This document shows, piece after piece, positions 50,901 through 62,855 of a DNA stretch of 64,000 bases (the first letter of the stretch is position 1; each line of letters starts with the position of its first letter). The translations under genes were made by a program, and so were the position numbers. The notes under the pieces are model-generated. The model saw nothing but the letters and a program-made list of their open reading frames with translations. It ran no database searches and was not told the origin of the DNA. The stretch is from Lingula anatina (lineage: Eukaryota > Animalia > Brachiopoda), in the NCBI GenBank assembly GCA_051362555.1, contig CM120640.1:70844788-70908787 (forward strand), in the 5' to 3' direction.

Positions 50901-52354
50901 AGGGAAGAAAAGGCTGACGTAATCACTGCTCTGGAGATTTCTCCCAGTTCATAGAACGTGAGGTCTAAGTGTGTTTTTGGAGGTTTTGCCTGCTGGGGAA
51001 GTGTTTCTCGTGTTTTCACACAATCTTTTAACTTAACAAACTCCGCTGATGGCGTACTGGGTAAGGTAGCAGTTCTCCCGATGTGGAGAACGGACTACCT
51101 GGATGGTGTGGTAGGTAATGTCCCACACTCTTAGGGAGAACCTGTTGTGACCCAGTATATGTACCCTTACTCTAGGGACAGTAGATATATATAGATACTT
51201 CAATATTATTAAATCAACGCAGAATGGATTGCTTTTTGATCAATTTTTATCCAAAGATTAACTAGAGAGGATTATTCGCACTGTTTTTTTTCTCATGATA
51301 TTTTGTTATTGAAGAAAGTTTTTTTTTCTCATGTCTTACCCACCACGCCCTTTAATAGCTGCGTGGGCATGTCTTTAAATATGTTGTGCACAAGTTAGAA
51401 ATCTAAGCCCACTCAAGCTGCAGGTGTTAAAACCATATTTTATAAAAATGCAGATAACAAACATCTGCTGTTTGTAGTCAACCATTTTGGTGGAGCTCTA
51501 GTGAAACATTAGAACTCCCAGCTGCTATGAAGTAAGGAGATTATGGATTAGATTTGGAGAAAGTGCCAAAGGCATATTTGAGAAGGGGAGTATTGTATTC
51601 ATGTGAAGTCACTCAAGGCATTTGGAGTGTTTTTTAAACATGCACTATTGCCGAGACATTTCTATGATTATAAATTGAAGCTGCCCATCTTATGAGCCTG
51701 ACTGGAATCTTTTTGTTTGTGAAAAGTGGGTAGTCAGAGTCGAAAATAGGCAAGAATTTTTGGCTTTGTATGGTCTCACAATCAAACTGATAAGGTTGTG
51801 TACAAAGTTTAGCCTATCTATTGTGGTGTCTACAGAAAGGACCATCTGGGGAAGCCTGGGTCTCACCCTTATCCAGGAGTTCGTGACTTGGTGGTGGGAA
51901 TAAAATAACAAGGATATTTTGGCTTGTCATATTCAAAGTACTTGGTAAATGGGTAAATGTATTGAGTCAAAAAATTTGTCTCTTCTGTCAAACCATTTGT
52001 CAGTGGTTATTGTGCACTTTTCTTCCCATATTTTAAACCCAGTTGTCTGTATATGGCTGTCACATCACTGGTTGACTGGCTAGGTCATGTGATCAGTGGA
52101 GATGTGAACTGGTGTCCTGCAGTCAGGGAGAAATTGTGAGGTGAAGCTGAGATAATTACGCTGCCAGCAGCATACCAAATGTCAAACCTGACACTCTGCC
52201 ATTCCTTAATAAATGTTGTTTTGGAACACATATTCTCCACTTAGTCTGAGATGTCTGCCAGTTCCCCACTGCCTCCTGACAGCATTTACATGGCAAAGTG
52301 AAATATCTTGTCATGACCGTAGCAAATTATTTTTTTTATCCTGATAGGATTTGT

Positions 52355-52427
<73 letters not shown>

Positions 52428-55400
52428 TCAGCTTCCCCAGTGGCAAATATCATTAGCATTCATCTGTTTTCTTTAGCTTTCTGTTCAAATTTTCCTGTGT
52501 TATCACTCCAACCCCTTGGCAGGGAAGGCTGGGGCTGAGTGAATAAGATTTTTATTTAGTGCTGTGAAGGAATCTATTACCGTGAGAGGTAGGTCAGTAG
52601 CAGCCACACAATGCCTGCAGTGGGAGCCGTGAAACAACCATTCTTCTCACCTAATAAACCGTGAGGACAAACTTGACAAGTGAAAAACTACACACTGCCC
52701 TAGTGAGTGGGCAAACTGAATGCTCATAATAATTTAAATAGATTTTTCGAATTAAAAATTACAGCCTTTTATTTCTTTCTTTAGTTTTGTAAATAAAAGC
52801 CAGTTGGTTAAAGCTGTAGTTATTCCTGTTAATTTGAAAAGGCTGTATTCAGTAGATTTGAGCTTTAAACTTGCACTGAGGTACAAATTGTCCCACTTTA
52901 AAGTGGCTTGTTTTTAAAATATTGTCATAGTTCACCAGTCCCATGTCTTTGTAAAAAGTTAAATGGAAGTAAATATTGAGTTATAATTCCCATAGGTGTC
53001 TCCCCCAGTATGTGAGCCGTCCCAGTCCCCAGTGTGTATGTGTTAAAATGTTGATGAGAGTGAGGCAGGGGGGAGCCAGGGCACCACTTATATACTACCT
53101 TTTACACAACCATTTTAATGGCAGCATAAATCAATTAAATGCAGCATTATATTCGAAGTTAAAATGATTTTTACAGGCATGTAATTTGTAGAATGTTTTT
53201 TCCATTAACCGCTTTACTAACCTCTACCTCTGCGACTCTTTCATTAGTTGAGTGGGATGTTATATGTAATTTTAATCATGCCATACTTTTATAGTTGCTT
53301 GAAATTTAATTTTATTGTTAATATGCAATTTGTGTTTGGTGCTTTGCCCCCCTGCTGAGTGAAGTGTGGCCCCCGTGGGTGAGTGAGAGAGGGCAGGAGG
53401 AGCTATTTGTCAGTTTGAATCTCTGGATGAAAGTTTTGATCATTTCTTGTGAGCTGTTGCTAATCCTGTTTTACTTGTTACATTAGGGCGAGGGGCAGAA
53501 AGATCGTGGAATTTACGTCAAGTCTGTGGTAACAGGAGGGGCAGCTGCTTTGGTAAGTCATATGTGACATGAAGGAGGACATTGACGTTATTGAGAAATA
53601 ATGAAGTAATGTAAGATAATAAAAGAATGTGTTGATTATTAGGAAACATCTGAATAATTTACCTTGCATAATACATTTAATTTTAGTTTGCCCGGGTTTG
53701 TTGAACAGTGCTTCTAGAAATGTTAAAATAATATTTTACACAAATTTGATGTACGACATCAGTGTTTTTGTTAAAGAAGTGGGCTGTTAAAAAACTTTGA
53801 ATTATGTCATCAATGTTAATGGTTAAGCAAATAGGTTTCTTTTTTATGTTGTTTGGTTGGTAAATGGCATCTTAATTATTTTAAAATATTTGCAACAGCA
53901 CCTGTCGCTGTTTGCTTAACTAACTTTCTAGATTTTTTTTATTTTCACCTTCCTTATCCTCAAGCAGTTATAATAATGTCAGATAAAAAATATTCAGAAT
54001 ATTTGCACCAACATCTATTGCTGTTTGCTGATTTTTCTTGATTTTTTTCTTACCACTTTTCTGAAGAAGTTGTTACAATGTCAGCTAAAAGATATAATGT
54101 ATTCTTTTCTCCCCAGAATGGTCAGCTCCAGGCAGGTGACCAATTGTTGGAGGTGGACGGCAAAAGCCTGGTGGGACTCACACAAGAAAAGTAAGTCCAG
54201 GTTTAATGAGATATTTCAAGTCAACATTTTTTCATGATGCCGTTATCTTTCTGGTTTTACTCAAACTTATTGTTAGGCCATTTTTGCATGTAGGACCTAT
54301 CTCAGTGTCAACTTATGTTTTTTCTCATGCAACCAAGATAAGATTGAACGACCGCGGGTCTTTGAAGTCGTTGTTTTATTAGGAGGATTGCATGTTTTTT
54401 CCAGTAACCTGAGATAGTTGGAAATAGTATGATAAGATTCTATAAACTGTAGGAAGGGCACCAAAAACTGGTTTAGATTAGAATCAATTCACACTTTGTG
54501 AAATGTATTAAACAAATATCTGGTGATGTGATTTAGCTGAAAACACGTTCTTTGCTGTGTGGGTTTTCAAGAGGTTAGCTAAAAGTAACCGTGAGCCTTG
54601 CTGAGTTTGTTTTCAAGACAATAGTTAAAGATAGCTGTAAGCCTTGTTGGGTGGGTATAAGAAGGACTATTTGTTACAGGTAACTGTGAACTATGCAGGG
54701 ACATTTTATCACAGAGGCTCAGAGGTAGTTAGCAGGCCTGATACACTGATATAGGGACTCTTGGGAGGAGATCTTTCTTTTATTACATTGTGGTCCAAAA
54801 ATATGGTTTTCTATAAGTCAAAGATATTGATATCATTGTATTCATTTATGTTTCATTGATGCAGTTAAAAGATCTGCTGTGTGGTGTTTTGACTCTTTTC
54901 ATGACATTTTAGCTTTAGAACATAATGTAAGATATAGAGGATGGTTGACAACCAATCAGTCCGTCCTTTCCTGAACTGTTTGTGCAGATTATACAATACA
55001 TGTAAACCAGTCCTGAGAGTAAACAGAGGATTTAGTGGCTTTGTATTTTTAAAAGACATACATAAGAACTTCTAAGATGCAGTAGACCTTGAAATATTTA
55101 CTGATTGTGGGAACTATTTTATTTACTCAAAAAGTAAAGCTTCGTGTGGGTGTAACAAGTCTTAACTAATCTCTTTGTCACTTAGTCCTGTTCACATTGC
55201 AGGTAGGACGACCTTTCTCACAGACTGGCATACATTTGATGATTTGATGCCTGTGATAAATCTACCTGAGAAGGGTGGACTTAACTGTAGTGTGAATGCA
55301 ACTTGAGAAATGTGACATTAGCCTGTAGTAGGCTATGGTGGCAATTAGATTTGCAATCGACTTTGTGACTTTGTTATGAATTGCAAATTTGCTAAATCAA

Positions 55401-58400
55401 TCCATACTGAAAGTGAAAGGTGTGATTTCCCAAGCATGACCTCTCTCAGACAGACTTTGTTCTGTTGACTTATTGATTTCACCTAAGTACGCAGGAAAAG
55501 AAAGCCATATTTGTCTCGAGCAGCTTTTTGTTGAAAAAATTGATCATCAGGTGCTTGCTTCCTGTAGTAGAGGACTGTGTCCATAATTAATGAAGAGCAC
55601 AAAGACAGTTTAGTGACTGCCTGGTTATATGAGTTAATCCTGAAATTTTATCACACACACTGTGTATTTAGTAGTTCTTTGTGTAATGTTTGCAAGGAAG
55701 GGGAACCTGACCTGTATTGTTGATATTAAAGATAGGGCATGTGTGTTAGCTTGTATACAGGGGCATTCAAGAACCAAGCTTTCATCGCGTCATATTTTTT
55801 TGTAAACTCATCAGATTGAAGTGAAAATTAACCAGTTGTGCCATAAATGTTGCAGAAGTTATAATTATGAATGCTGTTGAATTTATTTACACAATGCTGT
55901 TATCAGTCTAAATGTTTTCACAATCTCTTTCAAAATCTCTACAGTATTGTATTCTCCTTACTTGTAGAGCTGCAGAATTGATGACCAAAACTGGCCACAC
56001 GGTGACCCTCCGAGTGGCCAAACAGGGTGCTATCTACCACGGTCTGGCCACCTTGCTGAGCCAGCCATCCCCAGTCATGCAGAGAGGTAAGATCTTCAGT
56101 CTCACACCCACACAACAACATGAGCTATGGGAGTTGTGTTCTGTAGGAATTTTCTTCCTTAATGGTCTTGTGAAATGAGTATTTTTGTACAAGGAAAAGT
56201 AATGTGTGCTAAAGTTGAAGTAAGCCTGATTATCATTCTGCGCAGTGCGTGTTCTTGTGATGAAGGGTTATATTACAGGTGTCGTTTTCAATTTAATAAG
56301 TAGGCAGAATAAGAGAGTGTATACCGTCCTGCTTGTTTTCAATTACCACTAAGAAATAATTGGATGTGCGTGGAAGCTGAAGTTAGTCAGGATTGGCATT
56401 AAGGGTAACAAGTTACAAGTAGTGGCTGTAGTGCTTTAATTTCCAGATGGAAAATATTGGTGCTTTACCAGAGATTTAGAGCGATCTAAAGATTAAGATT
56501 TAGATCGACCTAACTCCCTGGGGGTTCACGCTAAATTGCAGTCAGCCGAGCGGGCACCATAGTTAATTACCCCCTTACAGCTTTTAGTAGGCGAGACAGA
56601 CGCTTAAGCTGGCCAAGCTGACAGTAATCTAGTGAGACTCCCCACAGGGATAGATCTATCTAAAAATCTATGGAAATGGGGTGTATTACTTCTTCAAAAA
56701 AAAAAAAAAAAAAAAGTTTTTTTTTTTGATTACCAATAACCCAGTGTGTTTTTCACATTTCAGCTTCCCCTGCCAAGCGTGTCACTCCCCAGGGTGGGGG
56801 CAAGCCACGCCCAGTGAGTGAAGGCAGGTTTGATATGAATGGACCCAAAGATGGCAGCCCCATGAGACAGGTGGCCCCTGATCAGAGAGATGGAGGACCC
56901 CCAGCACACATGGAACCCAGACCTCTCCACCAACAGGGCCAGTACAGGTCCTCACCAGCACTTGCAAGTAGGTGGTCTCTTCTGTGGCCGTGCCACACCC
57001 CTAACCCTGCCCCCTGCTCTAACATGTGTACCAGAGAGAGAGATGCAGGGAGGAGACAGCGTGGGCGGAGAATCCTGTCACGACAGCCTTGTCTGCTGTT
57101 GACATAACAACAGCTGTATTGTGGATTTGTTTAGAACATGAAAAGTCAATGCCCAAATTTGTTTCATACAGTGAACACTGTACAAATTTAGTAAAAAAAA
57201 TGTAAAACTATTTAAAACCCAGTATAAAACTGGTGAAGTGATCTGTCAGGGCCTGCCCGTTACTTCCTCACCCTTGCATCTCTCTCTTGTCCTGACCTAA
57301 TGGAACAACAGGGTCAGTTTAACCATGTCTTCCTCCCATCTTTCTGAGCAGAGCGCACCAGGTCCCTGTCTGTTCCGGACTACTTTGAACTGACCAGCGC
57401 ACGGAGGTCGGGCACAGTCTCCGTTAACATGAAAGACATTGTCCGAGAAGCTGAACTTCGTGACATGCAGGCACGGAGGGACAATGAAGTGCTTCAGGGT
57501 CATCTCAATGATAGTATTAAGAAAAACAAGGCAAAAACTTTGCCAAGACCTTTACGTAAACTCTCTGAAAAGAGTGACAGAAACAACAACTCTCAGAGGC
57601 CAGTCCGGAGACATTCTATTCACTCTGGCTCTATCAGCCCTAAGTTGTTGGATATTATACAACAGGCTGAGCGTCGGGATGAGAAGGCTCGTATCTATAG
57701 TGACGTAGTAGAGGGAAGGTTTCACACAAGGAGCCTGTTCAGTAAAAGCCTTACTTCTCTCTATACTGAAGACAGTAAGTCCTTGAAGCCTGAGGTGTGC
57801 AATGTGCCAGTATAATTCATGTCACGCACAGTGTGTGCATGCTTTAGGTGCTTCTGGAAGTCTTAATAGTGACGGAATGGTAGATTTTGACATTAAGTCT
57901 TGTGTAAATATTCCATTTATATACAGTCATTTTATTTTTGATTTACACTACAATTGGCAAATATCTGGATATTATGTTGGTTGTTTGTTTAGAGAGGAGG
58001 AGGTAAGTGCATGTTGTAATACTTTTATTCTGGTTTCCAAACGCTTTTTTTAGCAGTTAATTGCAGTGCTAAAATGCTTCAGTTTTTATTTATGGCATAA
58101 TACACCATGATAAAAGTATGATAATCACATTGATTTGTGTGTGTTTCAGATCAGCAGCAGTCCCGCGACAACTTGCACAATGCCTCCACAGGAAACATCA
58201 GAGACGCCCCCTATAGGCAGCCCATGCTGAACAGCCAGTCGCAGCAACAACTGCGCATGCAGGATCCTCCACACGACCCTTCTATGAGGTCACAGTCTGT
58301 CAGTAATTTGAAAAATGAGCCTCCACGCGACGACAGAATGCGTGGCATGTCAACAAGCACTCTTCCACGTGCCCAGCAGTCGAGAGGTGAGATGGCGCGT

Positions 58401-61400
58401 CATGCTGCCTCTCAGCCTGACCTTAACACCAGGGATAACAGAGACTATGTGAATGATGTAAGAGATAGGAACAACTATGAGAACTTCCAGCAGCCCTATG
58501 CAGACCACATGCGTAATGAGCGCCATGAGAGGCCACAGTATCAAGAGATTCAGAAATATCAGCAACCACAGCACCCACGAGATTATGGCAACAGACCAGG
58601 GCCGCAGGAAATGAACTATCCACCAATGAGAGAACAACAAGCCAACCAACAGAATCAAATGCGCAATGATAGACCGAGGTCAGACATTTATGCTCAAGAT
58701 AGGTTGGATGTCAATCAGAACAGACCACGGTCAGATTTTATTGATCCTAACAAAGTCCCTAACTGGCAGCGCGACCATGGACCACCATCTTCTAGCTACA
58801 GTCAGCAGGATATACCCCGCTCTCCAGCTCATAATCAGCAAATGCAGCCTCATTTCTACCAGAACACACAGCCGCGAGAGCGCAGTCTCACCCCGCCTTA
58901 CGACCAGATGAGGCGTCCAGCAGAAATGCAGCAGCAGATGAGACGTGAGACCCCCGCGGTGGCCCCTAAACCCTCTGTGGCCCCCAAGCCCAGGGACAGG
59001 GTGGCCCCCCAGGAGGTGCCCAGAATGCAGGTAGATAACAGGAAAACACAGCCTAATTTCTTTGATCCCAGACAGGCCCCACGCGAGCCAGCGTACGGCC
59101 ATGGTGGCCCTAGTTACCCCTCTCCACCTCAGCCACAGCAACAACAGCCTCAGCCTCCTGGCATGAGACCCCAGCAGAGCCACTCAGCCACTGAGACTGT
59201 CACTCTGCAGCCAGACAGATACTTGCCACCTCATGTTCAGCAGGAACTGATGAGGAGAAGGAATGAATCTCCAGAATTGCCTCCACCCCCACCAGAGATT
59301 GCAGCAGACCTGCCTCCACCTCCAGAAGAGTTACGCTACCACGATGATCTGCCTCCGCCTCCCATGCCAGACCCCTATGAACACCACCACCCCCGGGGTC
59401 CCCAGCCTGGCCCTGCCAGTCCACCAGGGGGACATGATGACCGCTATCGCAGGGAACCAGACATGAGGCGTGGACCTCCCCATGATATGCCTCGCCAGCA
59501 GGGGGAGCCACCAAGAGGACCTGGAGGGTATCCGCCCCAGAGTCACCCCTCACCACAGCAGTATGGCAGATATCCACCAGATGGTAGACAGAAGTCCCCT
59601 GGGGAGCCCCGCCCCTTTCATCCCCAGGGGCACCCCCAGCACAGGCCCCATGAATCTCAGCAACCACAACCCCAGGATATGAGGCGCCCCAGGGCTGGCA
59701 GCGAGAGGGAGGAGGGCAGGCAGTGGCAGAAGGACATAGAATATGTGGAGAATGCCTCACAAAAGAGATGGCAGAATCAAAAGCTTTACCAGCAACAGGT
59801 ACAACCACAACAAGCCCCGTCACAGCAGAGGCCTCCCCACCCTCAGCAACAACAGCACCCTTCTTATTCCCAGTCCCGCCTCATGGGGGTAAAGAACGAA
59901 CCAGTCCAGGATGCCCCATCCTCGCCTTCACCCTGGGAGAAGGATGAGAAGGAAAAGGTGCGAAAACGCCAACAGCAGGAAGTGGGTCGGTACCGAGATC
60001 AGCTGATAGAGGAGCTGCAGTCCAAGCCGAGCCTAAGCCCAGAGGAGCAGGAGCGACTGAGAAGATTACGTCTGGAGCAGGAGTTCCAGCGACGTGTGGA
60101 GGAGATGGAGGGAAAAGATGACGATGATGAAGATACAGATATGACAGATAAAGCAAGAGTAAGTCTGGGATATACTACTCCTTTTTGACTTTCAATAAAA
60201 ATAATTAATTTTAATATCTTTTTTTATCTTTTTGTGGTACTTAGAGAGCATATTTAAATTTAAAACATTTCTGTGCTCAATGAAGTTATTGTTATTTATT
60301 ATTATTATTACAATAATAAATCTTGTTTTATAGCTGAATGTACAGGGATTAGAGAGAGATCTCTATTAATATCTTTATTAATTTCTTTATGTGTGTATGA
60401 AGATTTTCTGGCTGAGATATGATTGAGCTATTTGCCTAAGTGTTAAATGTTTATAGGGCTTCTAAAAATTTGAGTGTTTACTTATATGTTGCAGGGTCGG
60501 CAGGCCATGCTGCGGATGATGCAGGAGAATTTGAACACGTCGAAGCAGCGCATGCAAGACAAAGATCAGGAGATCATGCGACAGCAGCAACAGGCAGAGG
60601 CAGAGAGACAGGAAAGGTGAGGAGGAGTTAATCAGCTGACTAGGTTAGGTTAATATAGACAAGATTAAGGGCTTCATTCATAGTGAGTGGCTCAGTAGGT
60701 GAAGTGTTCTTCTAAAATATTAGCATGTGACAAAATAATGTATAAGTGCATCTCATATGTGTTTTGGCATCATGAAGGACATAGCTATGATTTTGGCAAG
60801 TGAACCGCATGGGGAAATTGCCTCTTCTCTGGGACTGGGCTAAATGATGTGTATATTAAGATATTGCCATATTTTAATTAAGACCTTACATGAACCGACC
60901 TGGCCCCGCTCAGGACCCTAGGTATGTATGGCTGGCTACAGGCTAGGAACTACTACGCTCTCTCACTCTCTCTAATATTTCCATGTACTGTAGCCTGACA
61001 ACAGCATGGGTAGCATTAATATTTCATCTAGACAGGATTAACCATACTTCTTTCATATATATATATATATACAACTTCGGGTGTGCTTATAGGTGAATGC
61101 GCAAAATTATATATATGTGTGTGTGTGTTATGTATAGATCTATTACGTATTTGATAAACATCTAGATGTGGTGTCTGAATGACTTATGGTTCTGAATTTA
61201 TTATACATTATGTATATCTTATATATATATCTGTACTGACTTAGTTTTGTTATGTCTCCTTTCTTTTAATATGTAGTCTGTTAAAATATCTACGTTCCAC
61301 ATAACATATCTTCTTATTACTCTTGTGTTAACAGATTATTTGTGTTGTTGAGTGGCACTGTAGATGTCAGTTATGTGGCATGTGATATAAACATGACATG

Positions 61401-62328
61401 GTCAGTGCAGCAGGTGTTGGAAGTTGTTTTATTATTGCATATTATGGAGAAGGGAAAGGAAATTACATTAACGGTGGTTACTATTCCAAGTAAAATGCTG
61501 ATAAGTAATTTCTGTTAAATTTATTTTTGACGTGAGATCATGCCTCAAGAAATGTGCTTGAAATATCAACTAGAAGCTTTCTGTAACCTTGTTCATCTTC
61601 TGTATTTTAACATGTAAAAGTGTGCCCTGCCCCAGCATAATGAATGTTGGAAGGTCAAGGTTGCGTAGTACACAAAGGTTCTTTTCATTAAAAATGTCTT
61701 ATGTAAACTCTGGTTTTCAGGCAAGATCGCATGTTGCAGAGGTTTGAACAGGAGCGTAATGAGCAGAAAGAGAGGGCAGCACGCCAGCAGGAGAAGAGAG
61801 AGAGAGAACATGAAGAATATTTACAGAAACAAAAGGTCAGTAAAGAGTTGAAGATCTTGAAGTAGAGACCTGTTTCTTCCTTCAAGCATGAGTTGATTTC
61901 AAGCATGGATTATTAGAGGATTTAATTTACAATCATCATAGGTCACAATTCGTGTTTTCATTTCTCCCCATTATGAGCTCCATAAATCAGCTTTTGAAGT
62001 TAGTGTACTGATTAAAATAATTTTCAGCATGAATAGTTATATCAAGTTATCAAGGGAGCTAACCTGTGTGACAGTTGCCTTGTGGTGGGTGCCTTATTTC
62101 ATGTCTGGTCCATTTTCCCTAAACCAGTGAAAACTGGCCGTAAACCACAAGAGTCCTAGTCCACCATAGCTTGTCACACTGGTTTAGCTTCCAGTTAGCC
62201 GATTAATTTACTGACACTGAATTATGCATGTTGTTACAAACTTTGTTGATTGTTCACATGTTGTTGACTGACGTTTTCTTCAGGCGGAGGAGGTTGCCCG
62301 AGAGCGCGAGCGTTTGCAAGCAGAACAG
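21469..62328 (+). CDS. AFDN: Afadin (AF-6/MLLT4/canoe): RA1, RA2, FHA, DIL, PDZ, Pro/Gln-rich region and coiled coil; 3'-partial
   Basis: Phase-consistent exons: 21469-21573 (MDKRAKEEER...WNANRLDLFELSLPNE), 26278-26470 (LEFHGVMRFFFQD...KVATKCIRVSS, RA1), 30054-30166 (PLLVQLNWGKDDREGRFLL), 32804-33122 (LPETSFTRSISNPEAVMRRRRQQKLEKKL), 33344-33501 (GGTLKIYGESL...PYKTLLLS, RA2), 36952-37078, 37277-37423, 37915-38015, 38229-38429 (FHA), 38696-38850, 39103-39170, 39484-39689, 39965-40208 (AFWMANASELLHF), 41038-41088, 41442-41707 (RCRVNAALTIQLFSQLFH, DIL), 41863-42205, 43683-43771, 47546-47677 (GGSMGLSIVAAK), 53487-53552, 54117-54190, 55968-56086 (PDZ end, VAKQGAIYHGLATLL), 56764-56967, optional 57352-57774, 58150-60158, 60495-60616, 61721-61835, 62284-62328. 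No stop codon is reached in the window. Confidence 0.96.
25713..25928 (+). mobile_element. MITE-like element (family A), PIF/Harbinger (Tourist-like) candidate
   Basis: Flanked by TTA on both sides (25710-25712 and 25929-25931); imperfect terminal inverted repeats GACCCCATTC / GAATGCAGTC with subterminal GATCGATCTA; an inverted near copy lies at 56470-56683. Confidence 0.75.
29904..29953. repeat. (GT)n microsatellite
   Basis: Perfect GT run in an afadin intron. Confidence 0.95.
31646..31733 (-). mobile_element. Partial copy of MITE family B
   Basis: The reverse complement aligns to 6944-7030 (GGACTCATTC...GCTGAATGCAATCAGTT...CAGAT) and is followed by TTA. Confidence 0.6.
36684..36806 (+). 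mobile_element. Degenerate partial copy related to MITE family A
   Basis: GACCC...GATCGATCTATC...GGGGA.TCTCA...ATGTCTG...GCTG..AGGGGGTAAT is collinear with 25713-25835. Confidence 0.5.
45087..45720. repeat. 54-bp minisatellite, about 11.7 copies
   Basis: Unit TGTGGTGTCTAAGTGTCATGGTGTCCAGACTAGGTGCACCCACTGATAACTTAA arranged head-to-tail with no unique spacers; it lies in the afadin intron 43772-47545. Confidence 0.97.
52357..52424. repeat. (GA)n microsatellite
   Basis: Perfect GA run in an afadin intron. Confidence 0.95.
56470..56683 (-). mobile_element. MITE family A copy (inverted relative to 25713-25928)
   Basis: The reverse complement contains ATCTATCCCTGTGGGGAGTCTCACT.GATTACTGTCAGCTT...AAAAGCTGTAAGGGGGTAATTAACTA...CCCAGGGAGT.AGGTCGATCTA, matching the 25.7-kb copy. 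Confidence 0.8.
57352..57774 (+). CDS. AFDN: Probable alternative cassette exon of afadin (141 codons)
   Basis: Pyrimidine tract plus GAGCAG acceptor; open for 423 nt; GACA|GTAAGT donor; phase 1-1 matches the flanking exons 56764-56967 and 58150-60158. Confidence 0.7.
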
Positions 62329-62855
62329 GTATACCAGCACGTACCTCCTGTGTTGAGTGTAGTGGTGATGGGGAGTTGAGGTGTAGTTAGCAGCACTTAG
62401 CTCTTTTGCTGTGAAATCATCTAGTATATCTTGAAATATATAGCTAGATCATGAACTCTTCATTCATGCCAAATTCTATTTAGATTCTTTTTCAATCTAG
62501 CACATAACTACAGTAATTTTTGCACACATTTGAAAGCATGGTGCTGCTAGCAAGTCCTAAAATTACTAATTTTCAAAATTTCATTTTACTAACAGGACTA
62601 AGGCATCGGCTGTTCTTGGCTGACCGACTGTACATTTTATTCCTTCAGTATGCATTTTGTCTTTTTGTGACTTGTCTGCAAGCACTCGTAATGGTTCTTT
62701 CTGAAACATGGGTATCTAAAGAAATATCTTTTCATTTATATTTGGCTGTGTCCTCTCAGTATCTCTTGCACACACATAATTGATAAAGAGCTAGAGAAAC
62801 AAAAAATTGACACAGGTTTTTGAAGTCATGACTATCTAAGATAGGAGTTAATTAT

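Noticed and set aside
58350-60156. Several long antisense and alternative-frame ORFs (up to 207 aa)
   Set aside because: They are shadows of the GC-rich, low-complexity afadin exon, with no recognisable motifs or splice structure.
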